From positions 38,814,001-38,878,000 of the forward strand of contig CM059432.1 of assembly GCA_030390025.1 (NCBI GenBank): DNA of 64,000 nt, given 5' to 3'. Source of the stretch: Squalus acanthias. Lineage: Eukaryota. Made by a program: the position numbers and the translations under genes. The first letter of the stretch is position 1, and every line of letters starts with the position of its first letter. Positions 50,223 to 63,045 of this stretch are shown in pieces. The notes under the pieces were generated by a model. That model made no database searches. It was given only the letters and a program-made list of their open reading frames with translations, and was not told the DNA's origin.

Positions 50223-52381
50223 ACAGAATCACGGCTTACATGTCGTGAAGCAGGCGGAGGATGGTGACAAACTTTTGAGGGCAGCCAAATTTGAGGCGGA
50301 CACTCCATAATCCCTCACGGTTGACAGTGTCGAAGGCCTTTGTGAGATCAAAGAAGGCCATGTACACCGGTTGGTGCTGTTCCCTGCATTTCTCTTGTAA
50401 TTGACGCGCTGTGAAGATCATGTCCATTGTGCCCCTTAGTGGGCAGAATCCGCATTGCGACTCTGGGAGGAGCTCTTCGGCCACTAGGAGAAGGCGATTG
50501 AGGAGGATTCTTGCAATCACTTTGCCTGTGGCAGACAGCAGGGAAACTCCTCTGTAATTACCGCAATCGGACTTGTCACCTTTCTGGAAGATGGTCACAA
50601 TTACGGCGTCTCTGAGATCCCCTGGCATGCTCTCCTCCTTCCAGATAAGAGAAATGAGTTCATGAATTCGCGCTAGTAGTGCTTCTCCGCCATGCTTTAG
50701 TGCCTCGGCAGGGATTCCATCTGCTCCTGAGGCCTTGTTGTTCTTCAGTTGTCAGATGGCCTTTTCAACCTCATGCTGGGCTGGGGTTGTGCTGAGATGG
50801 TGGCGGGTAGCATGCTGCGGGATGGAGTTGAGGACACTCGCATCGAAGACAGAGTCTCGGTTAAGGAGATCTTCGAAGTGCTCCTTCCAGCGGGCACTGA
50901 CTGCCTCTGTCCTTGATGAGTACCTCTCCGTTCTTGGCCTGCAGTGGTGTGGGACCTTGGGTGCTTGGGCCGTTGATGGTCTTGACTGCGCTAAAGAATC
51001 CACGCACGTCGTGGTTGTCGGCTAGCTGCTGGATCTCCTGCGCTATCTCCACCCACCATCTGTTCTTTAGGTCGCAAGTTTTAGTTGGACCTCGGCCTTC
51101 GGGTGTCTGTAGAGTTGCTTTCTTGCTCTCGAGTTGTGTTGCTGTTTCCAGATCAAGAATGCCTTGCGCTTGCGGCTTATTAGCTCCTGGATCTCTTGGC
51201 CTGCTTCACGACGACATGCAAGCCATGATCCTGACCAACGGTTCCACCACAGACCCAATTCACGTACGGACCGGGGTCAAGCAAGGCTGTGTCATCGCAC
51301 CAACGCTCTTCTCGATCTTCCTTGCTGCAATGCTCCATCTCACCCTCCGTCGCCTCCAGTCCAGATCCAAGGTCGTCCCATCCTCTGTCGTCGAATTACA
51401 GTATGCAGACGTCTGCGCACACTCTGAGGTCGAACTCCAAACCATCGTCAACACCCTCACCGAAGCGTACGAGAGCATGGGCCTTACACTAAACAGCCGT
51501 AAGACAAAGGTCCTCTACCAACCTGCCCCCGCCACACAGTACTGCCTCCCAATTATCAAAATCCATGACGAAGCCTTGGACAACGTGGACCACTTTCCAT
51601 ACCTCGGGGGCCTACTGTCAACAAGGGCAGACGTTGATGACCAAGTCCAACACCGCCTTCAGTGTGCCAGTGCAGCCTTCGGTCGCCAGAGGAAGAGAGT
51701 GTTTGAAGACCAGGACCTCAAACCCGGCACTAAGCTCATGGTCTACAGAGCAGCAGTGATACCTGCCCTGCTGTATGCCTCAGAGACATGGCCCATGTAT
51801 AGCAGGCACCTCAAAGCACTGGAGAGGTACCACCAACGCTGCCTCCGCAAGATCCTGCAAATCCATTGGCAGGATAGGTGCACCAACGTCAGTGTTCTCG
51901 CTCAGGCCAACATCCCCAGCGCCGAAGCTTTGACCACGCTCGATCAGCTCTGATGGACGGATCACATTGTCCGCATGCCCGATACGAGACTCCCAAAACA
52001 GGCGCTCTACTCGGAGCTCCGACACGGCAAGAGAGCCCCAGGTGGGCAGAGGAAACACTTCAAGGACACCCTCAAAGCCTCCTTGGAAAAAGTGCAACAT
52101 CCCCACTGACACCTGGGAATCCCTGGCCCAAGACTGCACAAAGTGGAGGAGAAGCATCCGGGAAGGCGCCGAACACCTCGAGTCTCTTCGCCGGGAGCAA
52201 GCGGAAGCCAAGCGCAAACAGCGCATGTCAACCCAAGCACCCTACCCACCCGCCCCTACAACTACCGTCTGCCCCACCTGTGACAGAGACTGTAGGTCCC
52301 GCATTGGACTCATCAGTCACCTGAGAACTCATTTTTAATGTGGAAGCAAGTCATCCTCGGTTCCGACTGCCTAAGAGAGAG
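50223..52381 (+). mobile_element. RTE-clade LINE with an inverted 5' portion (50223 to about 51198 on minus; about 51199-52381 on plus)
   Basis: RT motifs CGNYRGVSLLS, LPESQCGF and FFDLTKAFDTV on minus; GVKQGCVIAPTLF and LQYAD on plus; 10-bp TSD AGTACTGGGT at 50213-50222 and 52382-52391. Confidence 0.9.
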
Positions 52382-52485
52382 AGTACTGGGTGCTTTCTTG
52401 TTTTAAAGAAGTAACGTTCATGAAGATACATTTTCTGAATTTACCACGAATGTGATAAGTACCTTAAGTATTTTTTTGCTTCCAG

Positions 52486-52652
52486 GGCTCGTGCGGGATG
52501 ATACACTGTACGAAAATGATGATGTGAAGGAGGCTGTGAGAAGGTTGCCTGAAAACCTTTACAATGAGAGAATATTCCGCTTGAAACGAGCTTTGGATTT
52601 GAGCTTGAAACAGCAAATCCTTCCAAAAGAGATGTGGACAAAATATGAGCGG
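52486..52652 (+). CDS. UQCRB: UQCRB exon 3 (167 nt)
   Basis: Encodes [56 protein letters not shown]; ccag| and |gtaagt. Confidence 0.97.
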
Positions 52653-52904
52653 GTAAGTTGAACATTGGTGTTGACTTCTGTAAGAGGGGAAATATTTACT
52701 GCAATAGGGTTTTCGTCACACTTCCTCCTTCCTGGACAGTTGACTTTAGCCCAGGCATCTGCCAAAAACTCTCAAGCTTTTAATGGCTTTGATGTGCCCA
52801 TGAGCAATAGAGGCTGATTTGCCTATCTTTTTCTCCCTTTCTCCAGCCCTTTTATGGAGAAAGGTCTGGGCTCCACCCTGCTGGAACTCATCACTGTGCC
52901 ATCA

Positions 52905-55885
52905 TTACATAGAATGTACAGCACAGAAATAGGACATTCGGCCCAACAGGTCTATGCTGGTGTTTATGCTTCACATGAGCCTCCTCACACCCCTCTTCAT
53001 CTAACACTGTCGGCAAAATCTTCTATTCCTATCTATCTTCCCCTTAAATGTGTCCAAGCTATTTGCTTCAACTATTTATTGTGGAAGTGAGTTCCACATT
53101 CTGACTACTCTCTGGGTAAAGAAGTTTTTCCTGATTTCCCTAATGACTATCATATTTAATGGCCCCTAGTTTTGGTCTTTCCCTCAAGTGGAAACATCTC
53201 TATGTCTACCCTATCAAGTTCTTCATTAAATGTCTCCTTTGAGCAGAGAAGGCTAAGAGGAGATTTGATAGAGGTATTTAAAATCATGAAGGATTTAGAT
53301 AGAGTAAATAAAGAGAAGCTGTTTCCAATGGATGAAGGGTCAATAACGGAGGGCACTGATTTAAAGTGATTAGCAAAAGAACCACAAGCGACATGAGGAA
53401 AAACTTTTTTACGAGTGGTAAGGATTTGGAATGCGCTGCCCGAGAGGGTGGTGGGTACAGATTCAATAGTAGCCTTCAAAAGGGAATTGGATAAATACTT
53501 GAAGGATAAAAAATTGCAGGGTTATGGGGAAAGAGCGGGGAGTGGATTACATAGGATATACGACACAGAAACAGGCCATTCGGCCCAACTAGTCCATGCC
53601 GGCATTTATGCTCCACTCGAGCCTCCTCCTGCCTTTTCTCATCTAACTCTATCAGCATAACCCTCTATTCCCTTCTCCCTCATACGCTTGTCTACCTCCC
53701 CTTAAATGCATCTATACTATTCGCTTCAGCCACTCCCTGTGGTAGCGAGTTCCACATTCTCACCACTCTTTGGGTAAAGAAGTTTCTTTTGAATTCCCTA
53801 TTTGATTTCATGGTGACTATCTTATATTGATGGCCTCTAGTTATGCTCTTCCCCACAAGTGGAAACATTCTCTCTGTCTACTCTGTCAAAACCTTTCATA
53901 ATTTTAAAGACCTCTATTAGGTCACCTCTCAGCCTTTTTTCAAGAGAAGAGAGACCCAGCCTGTTCATCCTTTCCTGATATGTATACCCTCGCATTTCTG
54001 GGATCATCCTTGTAAATCTTCTCTGCACCATCTCCAGTGCCTCTATATCCTTTTTCTAATATGGTGACCAGAATTGTACGCAGTACTCCAAGTGTAGTCT
54101 AACCAAGGTTTGATACAAGTTTAGCATAACTTCCCTACTTTTCAATTCTATCCCTCTAGAAATAAACCCTAGTGTTTGGTTTGCTTTTTTATGGCGCTAC
54201 TTTTAGTGATTTGTGTATTTGTACTCCGAAATCCCTTTGCTCCTCTACCCCACCTAGACTCGCACCCTCCAAGTAATAAGTGACTTCCTCATTCTTCCTA
54301 CTAAAATGTAATACCTCACATTTATCTGTGTTGAAATTCATTTGCCAATTATATGCCCATTCTGCAAGTTTATTAATGTCCTGTAATTTGTTGCAGTCCA
54401 CCTCTATATTTACATCCCTCCCCACCCCCCCCCCTCCAAATTTTGTGTTATCCACAAATTTAGAAATTGTTTTTTTGATTCCAAAGTCTAAATCATTAAT
54501 ATAAATTGTGAACAACAGTGGTCCCAGCACTGATCCTTTGGAACACCACTACCCACCTTCTGCCACTGTGAATAGCTACCCATTACCCCATCTCTCTGCT
54601 TTCTGTCTTGAAGCCAGCTAGCTATCCGTTCTGCTACTTGTCCCCCGACTCCGCAATCTCTGACCTTGTTCATTAGTCTATTATGTGGTACCTTATCGAA
54701 GGCCTTTTGAAAATCTAGATAAATTATATCTACTGCATTACCCTTGTCTACTCTCTCTGTTAAATCTTAAAAAAAATTCAATGAGGTTGGTCAAGCAAGA
54801 CTTTCCCTTTTGAAATCCATGCTGACTATTCATTATTATACTTTTGTTTTCTAGACGTTCTTCAATTTTCTCCTTTAGTAGGGATTCCATTATTTTTCTT
54901 GCCATTGATGTTAAGCTGGACATATTCTATCTCCCTTCTTAAATATCGGTATTACGTTAGCTATCCGCCAGTCCTCTGGCACTACACCTTTTCTAACGAA
55001 TTATTAAATATGTGTACTAATGCCTCTGCTATCTCTACCATAGATTCTTTTAAAATGCGTGGATGTAATCCAACCAGACATGAGGTTTTATCCTCCTGAG
55101 TTTGATTAGTTTATTTAATATATCTCCTCTTATTTTAAATGCAGTTATCTCATTATTAACCTCATCATCCAATGTCATATCCACCTGTTCTATCTCCCTG
55201 GCAAATACTAAAGCAAAGTAATTATTTAATATTTTTGCCATCTCTCTATCGTTGCCTGTGGTATTATCCTGTCCATCCCTTAGTAGCCTTATTCCCATCC
55301 CGACCTTTTTTTTTATTTATGTGCCTGTAAAATATTTTACTATTTTGTTTTATGTTCCTTGATAATTTAATTTCATAGTTCCTCTTTGCCTTCCTAATTT
55401 TTTTTTTGACTTCGCTCCTAATCTCTTTGTATTCTACCATATCATGCTCTCCCCCTGCTGTCTGTGTACTTAATGCATGTCTCTTTCCTTACCCTCAGTT
55501 TTTCCCTTACGGCTTTATTCATCCATGGTGTCTCATTAGTGTTTAGTTTGATCTTTTTTTCAGCGGAATATATTTTTCCTGGACTCTGTTGAACACCATT
55601 TCAAATGTTTCCCATTGCTGTTCTACATCATTGTTGCCAATATTGCTGTCCATTTTATTTTCCCAAGTTCTATTCTCAGCCCCTCAAAATCAGCTTTTCT
55701 CCAATCTATTACCTTGGTCTTTGTCATATTTATGTCCTTCTCAATTATTATCTTAAAGCATATTATATTACGGTCACTATTGCCTAGCTGTTCCCCTACT
55801 TTTACTTCTCTTCGAGAAGTGGGACTAACTCGATTGCTCTTCAAAAGAGCCGGCGCAGACTCCTGTGCTGTACTATTCTATGATC
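52905..55885. mobile_element. CR1 cluster: minus fragment about 52905-53225; plus 3' end about 53235-53546 and 55818-55885, split by a minus CR1 at about 53547-55815
   Basis: [30 protein letters not shown] and RRLRGDLIEVFKIMK. Confidence 0.88.
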
Positions 55886-55995
55886 CCTTAAAAGGGTAAT
55901 GGTAACAGTTGTTTACGTAAATGCTTTTGCATTTAGATATGAGATACTTATTGATTTTACATTGATAATTGATGGCCTTTTTTGGGGTTTTACAG

Positions 55996-56073
55996 GATGT
56001 ACGCTACCTAGAACCGTACCTTAAGGAAGTTATTTGCGAACGAAAGGAGAAAGAAGAATGGAATAAGAAGTGA
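55996..56073 (+). CDS. UQCRB: UQCRB exon 4 (78 nt including TGA)
   Basis: Encodes DVRYLEPYLKEVICERKEKEEWNKK*; total protein 111 aa. Confidence 0.97.
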   Translation, partial: DVRYLEPYLKEVICERKEKEEWNKK

Positions 56074-56186
56074 TTTTCTGGTTGAATTCTTGACTTGGTA
56101 TTTGATTCCCTGTTAATATCTAGCCATGCAAATTTAAAATACATTCTATTGTTATTGGTCAGGATAACGGATTCCCTTCTTGAAAA

Positions 56187-56192
56187 AATAAA
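56187..56192 (+). terminator. Candidate UQCRB polyadenylation signal (another AATAAA at 56312)
   Basis: AATAAA about 115 nt after the stop. Confidence 0.55.
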
Positions 56193-58294
56193 TTGCACTG
56201 TAAAACTGCAGAAAGCAATTCTTTTGCTTGTGTACTGAATTAATAGTGTCAAACTTATTTTCTGATTACTTCTGTCATGGGTAGTTTAGCCCATAATTAT
56301 GTAGATTTAAAAATAAATCACAAGTAAAATTTGGTTTTGCCCATCATTTATATACGCTCGACTAATGGGTAATAAAATAGCTTTCAGAAAGTAAACTTGC
56401 ATTAGATTTCATAATTAGTATCTGTTCATCTGTTAGAAAATAATGATGAGCCAGTCAAAAACATTTTTCTTAATGTAAAATTACAACTTGCATTTGTAAC
56501 CAAGCTTGAAGCCATGCTGGAATTATTATTTTTCCCCACCTAATATGGAAAGAAATCCTATTTATAGACGCGACAGCAGCCCTGCCATCTTGCTCAGGAA
56601 TGATTTTGAATTTATTTTTACTTTACGTTAGACTTGTAAATGGACCAGCAGAAAGCTCCAGTCTTTCAAGCTAAGCACAGAATAATAAATTAAGAAACAA
56701 TATAATTTACACTTTAACAATTTAATAAAATACTAAAGACGGTTTTTTAAACTGCTAGCAGATCTCCTGTAACGTTGCTTGTCGTGAGTTGGGAGTCTTC
56801 TCAGAACAGGAGTGTTATGCCAAATAGTATTACCAAGAATACTGATTGGGGGTGGCACTGGGAAGAATGCCGGCCATACTGGGATGGGTCGGAGTCTACG
56901 AATACTTTGAGGGGTTGCCAAGTTCAGGGAGGGAGTGCATTGGAATACTGCAGAGGGAGGTTCTGGGATTTGTGAGAATTAGGAAGTGGGATTTCAAGGT
57001 TTGACAACATTGGAGGGAGTTCTGAGATCAAGGATTACTGGGAGTGAAAGCTTTGGAACACTGGAGAGGGAAGTTCTGGGAACAGTGGGAAGGTCCTAGA
57101 ATCTGGCATTATTGGGAAACGAGTCCTTTTGAGAATTGGAAAAGGAGATCTAGAGGTTTGTGAGCCCTGAGGAGGAGTCCTGGGAGCTGGGAATGGATGG
57201 ACGAAGTCAGAGGAGGAGGTCCTGAAATCGAGCAAGACTGAGAGGAGATAACCGAGCATGGGGGAGGTGGCTAGGACCTGGCAGAACTGAAGATAGCAGT
57301 TTTCTGCCTTTTTGGACCATCAGGTAAATGGATGGAAAATCATTGGCTTGGGGTATACAATTTCCCAATATATTCTCCTGGCTCATGTCATGAGCGTAGG
57401 GGTGGAAATTTTCCCTTTAGTGCACTATTAATGAGTTTGCTGACTCATACCATCTTTAATAAATTTAAATGTCCATGAACAAACAAAGTTACCTCATAAA
57501 ATGATCAAAAGGTTACGCAGTTTCCAAGTTTTTGTATAAAAATTTCCTTCCGCTTCAAAATGGTTAAGATTTTTAACTGAATTTTAAACAAATAGAGGCA
57601 AATAACTTAAAAATAAATACATATCTAAAAATCCTCAACAAACCTTTTTTGTTTTCTAGCAACAAAAAACACCACAATCACAGGTGCTGCTGATCATAGA
57701 TGTCTGTCTGTGAGGAGTTCTTAGCAAATGTTAATAAATTTATATAGCAAATGTTAATATATAAATGTCATCAACTTGCTGGAATAAAGCTTTGATAATT
57801 CAATCTCCATTTTATTTCAAAGTATTTTGGAAAAAGCATAAAAGGTCTCAAATCCTCACAGGTTGTTGCAGATTGCTGGGAAATTCTGCAAACTGTATAT
57901 GCTCAGAATGCACAGATGCGATCAAAGCTCTGTTGAACTGTTTTTATAAAAAAAAAATCCAGTCGAAGTTAAAATTCAGAAAACGTTATTACAACTGTCC
58001 CACTCGACCAACCACTGATCACGCCTGCTATCATCCCAGTTCAATGTATGAATTTGTTATTGGGAAATATGTATTTAAAACTTACTTTGGACGTCAGAAA
58101 TTTTTTCAAAAAGCACTTTGAATGATTCAACAGCTGCAAAAACCAAGTGGACTGTGAAAAGTCAGCAGAGTGGAGTTCAGCCTTGAAATGCAGTTGAACA
58201 GGAGTTTCTTTTCAATAATCAATAGTTCTGCAAAGTGAATAAGCACAGTTTGATTCTTGTAAGCATTTGGTGCCAGTGGAGATCAAGCTAACAC

Positions 58295-59340
58295 TATGGC
58301 CGTAATTTTCCGGGATGGTAGCGGGCGCGATCGGGGGTGGGTCGGGTTGGAAAGTTGTTATTTTTGACAGCAGGTCAGGAACCTGCTGCCATCTCGCTCC
58401 CACGCGCCTTTCCCCCAGGAGTGTCTGTCATGATGGAGCCGACCCGACCGGCAGCGACGGGCGACCCAATTGAGATGATTATCAGGTAGTTTACAGGCAC
58501 TTAAGAGTCTTGATTCAAGCAGCTCCGGAACCACGTCCGTCAAACTGAGGCGGGAGTTCCGTGGCCATTGCTTCAGCTGAATACTAGACAGCATGAAATG
58601 TTCAGTGAAAGCTCCCACCTGACAGATGATCAGGCAGAAGCTGTTGCTCAGTCCATTTCCAGCACACATTCTACAGGCTGCAAGTTTTTCCAGCAAAGTC
58701 TCCACCCAGTGTCCCCTCATTGGAAGAACTCTCTCACCATCATCTGTACTGCACCATCTATTCCATCAACATGGGTGCTGTTTATACTGTCTCACCTTGG
58801 TCCTCAGAATCCCACCACGATCAACCCCGGCACCAGCAGCACCAACAACACTAACCTTCGCAATCACCTGATGCTACACAGGGCATCAGCACCTGAGCAC
58901 ATTTCTGACCGGGAGGCCAGGGATGGACTCATCGTGGCCAGATTTGGTTAACTTTACGCTGTACACCCACATCATGTGCCAGGTTGGCACCAACACCATA
59001 AAGCATCCCTACAATGACCAAGCCATTCCTTTCACACTCCTCACCATTGTGGGGGGTACCATTATGTCTCATAATTCACTACAACTCACTAAGCCACTTC
59101 CAAAGGTGCAAACAAATCTGTCCAAGTGTTGAAAATAAAGATTTTTATGTTTGACACCACATTAACAGAAACTTTACATAAACATTGCATAAAACACCCA
59201 AGTGGCTACCCTTGCATATTGTTAGTTGGTATGATTGCACTAGGATGAGTGTGAGGGGTAGCTAGTGCGATGGGGATGTGATGATGTAGATATAGACGGA
59301 GGGATGGGTGGACGTGCAAGGTATGTTGCACGTCCACCCA
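58295..59340. mobile_element. Probable truncated DNA-transposon (Harbinger-like) remnant
   Basis: The GC-rich start (taattttccgggatggtagcgggcgcg...gggtcggg) resembles the subterminal style of the 14957 MITE; no second TIR was found. Confidence 0.35.
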
Positions 59341-60985
59341 TATCATGCCACGTGACATCCGATACAAGCCATTCTTGGGCTTTCAGGTGATCTTATCAAA
59401 AGGTCGTGGGGTTGTCTGGAGATCTTTGCTCATCTTCCACCACATAGTCCCGATGTCTCGGGTAGTGGCTAGAGTATCAAATACAGTTTTCTTAAAAGGT
59501 TCATAGGCAAGGACAGAAACATCTCCAAGAGAAAACTATTAATTTACTATTCAACACTTTCCTGACTTTCAGTAGAATGTTAGGAAAATTTCATTTGGTA
59601 GTGTAATTTTCCTGTTTCTATCTAATGTCCTCAATCACTTCCTCGCATTCCATTTTACACATCCCATTAATTACCATTCTATCAATCATGAGCCCTAGAG
59701 AAACTTTAATATCAAAAAACATTCTTGATACACAGCAATTGGCAGGACTACGTAGACTGCTTTCCACCAGTTCCTTTTAATGAAAATTTGACGATCCCCT
59801 TAAACCTCAGGTCGATTTTCCCTTCTCGAGTGCTTGAAACAGCAACTCATATCAATTTTACTTTCATTAATGTATCTTATCAATTCTAACTTCAGAAAAA
59901 AGTGATGCCCAGGCTTGCTGGTTTTACATGGTGTTTTCACATTAGAGACAGAAGTGCTTGCAATTAGTTTGGAGGTAACTTCCATATCTCCCCATCTCGA
60001 AGACAACACATAACTCTGACTGGGTTAAGTCCGAGCTTTTGAAAGGCAAAGCCTTTAGTCCAAATCGTCACCATGCTGTAACATATGATGTCTGCTGATG
60101 TCTACAGATAAATTCTTGAAACTGCTGGATCTCTTGCTACGTCATCAATATTCATGCGGTGGCTACCTATTGAAAAGAAAAAAAAAATCCATTGTGGCTC
60201 TGCATAAGAGCCCAAGCGGTTAATTTGTCAAATCGTAAAAATTCCTTCTGTCACCATGGGAAAATATCCACTTAAAATTAAGAAACTTAAATTTAATAAT
60301 GTCCAATATATAAATTTATTTCAGCAATGCAAAAATTGTTGTGTGGTGAACTTAAAAAAAGCTGTCAGCAGAAAGGGTTAACTCCTTTGCAGGTTTATAA
60401 GAAGACAGAGCAAAATATTGTAAGACGCATGCAATTGCATCACTTCATGTAAATTAAAAAAAAACTTTCCTGATCGAAAAAGAACCAAGATTCAATTTGG
60501 TTTTTACCAAGTCTTTGTACCTTCAAAACTTCTTTAGGAATTAAAAAAAGTATTTTAAAACAGCAGCAAATCATAAGTAACATCATTATTAGCTTTAAAT
60601 AAAACATTCTCATCAGGGAAGACAGCATTTTAGATTAAACGCCAATTGTTTTAAAACTTTTTAGCATTTTTTTAAAGAGGCTTCCAACCCCAAGATTCTC
60701 CAGTACAATCAAAATGTTTAACAAGCAGAATCACCTCAAATGTTCTAAAATTCTAATTCAAATCATTAAAGATTTAAGAAATTCAAAACTGCCAATGTGA
60801 AAGTCTCACGTTTAGAACTAGAAACCTTCACATAATTTAAAATAATAACCAGAATTTCACTCTGGTCGCAATGAAAGGCGAGTTTTCACAATTTAATAGG
60901 TTAGTTATTCTCAATAACTCCAATTTAATTCAGCCCGATTGTTAATTAACTAAACACAATACAGATAAAATAAAATAAAATAGCA

Positions 60986-63045
60986 CATAGAATGGTTACA
61001 GCACAGAAGGAGGCCATTTGGCCCGTCGAGCTCGTGCCGGCTCTCTGCAAGAGCACTTCAGCTAGTCCCACTCCCCCGCCCTTTCTCTGTAGCCCTGCAA
61101 ATTTTTTTCCTTCAGGTACTTATCCAATTCCCTTTTGAAAGCCACGATTGAATCTACCTCCACCACCCACCCTTTCAGGCAATGCATTCTAGATCATAAC
61201 GACTTGCTACGTAAAAAAGTTTTCCCTCGTGTCGCCTTTGGTTCTTCTGCCAATCACCTTAAATCAGTGTCCTCTGGTTCTTGACCCTTCTGCCAATGGG
61301 AACAGTCTCTCTCTACTCTGTCTAGACCCCTCATGACTTTGAACACCTCTATCAAATCTCCTCTCTACCTTCTCTATTTTAAGGACAACAATCCCAGCTT
61401 CGCTAGTCTATCCACGTAGCTGAAGTCCCTCATCCCTGGAACCATTCTCGTAAATCTTTTCTGCACCCTCTCTCTAAGGCCTTCACATCCTTCCTAAAGT
61501 GCGGTGCCCAGAATTGGACACAATACGCCAGTTGGGGCCGAACCAGTGTTTTATAAAGGTTCATCATAACTTCCTTGCTTTTGTACTCTATGCTTCTTTT
61601 TGTGAAGCCCAGGATCCCGTATGCTTTTTTAACTGCTTTCTCAACCTGACCTGCCACCTTCAATGTGCACATATACTCCCAGGTCTCTCTGTTCATGCAC
61701 CCCCTTTAGAATTGTACCCTTTAGTTTATATTGCCTCTCCTCGTTCTTCCTACGAAAATGTATCACTTCACACTTTTCTGCGTTATATTTCATCTGCCAT
61801 GTGTCCACCCATTCCACTAGCCTGTCTATGTCCTCTTGAATTCTATCACTATCCTCCTCACTGTTCACTATACTTTCAAGTTTTGAGTCATCTGCAAATT
61901 TTGAAATTGTGCCCTGTACACCCAAGTCTAAGTCATTAATATATATCAAGAAAAGCAGTGGTCCTAGTACAGACCCCTGGGGAACACCACTGTATACCTT
62001 CCTCCAGTCCGATAAACAACTGTTCGCCACTACTTTCTGTTTCCTGTCACTTAGCCAATTTTGTATCCATGCTGCCACTGTCCCCTTTATTCCATTGGCT
62101 TCAACTTTGCAGCAAGCCTATTATGTGGCACTTTATGAAACGCCTTTTGGAAGTCCATGTACACCACATCAACCGCATTGCCCTCATCAACCCTCTCTGT
62201 TACCTCATCAAAAAGCTCAATCAAGTTAATTAAACACGATTTGCCTTTAACAAATCCATGCTGGCTTTCCTTAATTAATTCACACTAGTCCAAGTGACTG
62301 CTAATTTTGTCCTGGATTATCATTTCTAAAAGCTTCCCCACTACTGAGGTTAAACTGACTGGCCTGTAGTTGCTGGGTTTATCCTTACACCCCTTTTTAA
62401 ACAAAGGTGTAGCATTTGCAATTTTCCAGTCCTCTGACACCACCCCCATATCCAAGGAGGATTGGAAGATTATGGCCAGTTCCTCCGCAATTTCCACCTT
62501 TACTTCCCTCAGCATCCTAGGATGCATCCCATCCGGTCCTGATGACTTATCTACTTTAAGTACAGCCAGCCTTTCTAGTATCTCCTCTTTAGCAATTTTT
62601 ATCCCATCCAGTATCTCAACTACCTCATCTTTCACTATGACTTTGGCAGCATCTTCTTCCTTGGTAAAGACAGATGCAAAGTACTCATTTAGTACCTCAG
62701 CCATACCCTCTGCCTCCATGCATAGGTCTCCATTTTGGTCCCTAATCGGCCCCACCCCTCCTCTTACTACCCATTTATTATTTTTATGACTATAGAAGAC
62801 TTTTGAATTCTCTTTAATGTTAGCTGCCAATCTATTCTCATACTCTCTCTTTGCCCCTCTTATTTCCTTTTTCACTTCCCCTCTGAACTATTTATATTCA
62901 ACCTGGTTCTCACTTGTATTCTCAACCTGACATTTGTCATAAGCACTCTTTTTCTGCTTCATCTTACTCTCTATCTCTTTCATCATATAGAGAGCTCTGA
63001 CTTTGGTTGCCCTACCTTTCCCCCTCGTAGGAATGTACCTCAACT
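60986..63045 (-). mobile_element. CR1 ORF2 fragment
   Basis: [46 protein letters not shown] and KFADD. Confidence 0.93.

Noticed and set aside
50913..51953. 346-aa ORF as a novel RT-fusion gene
   Set aside because: It reads through the RTE inversion junction. The N-terminal part is antisense RTE and the RT part is incomplete and appears internally deleted.
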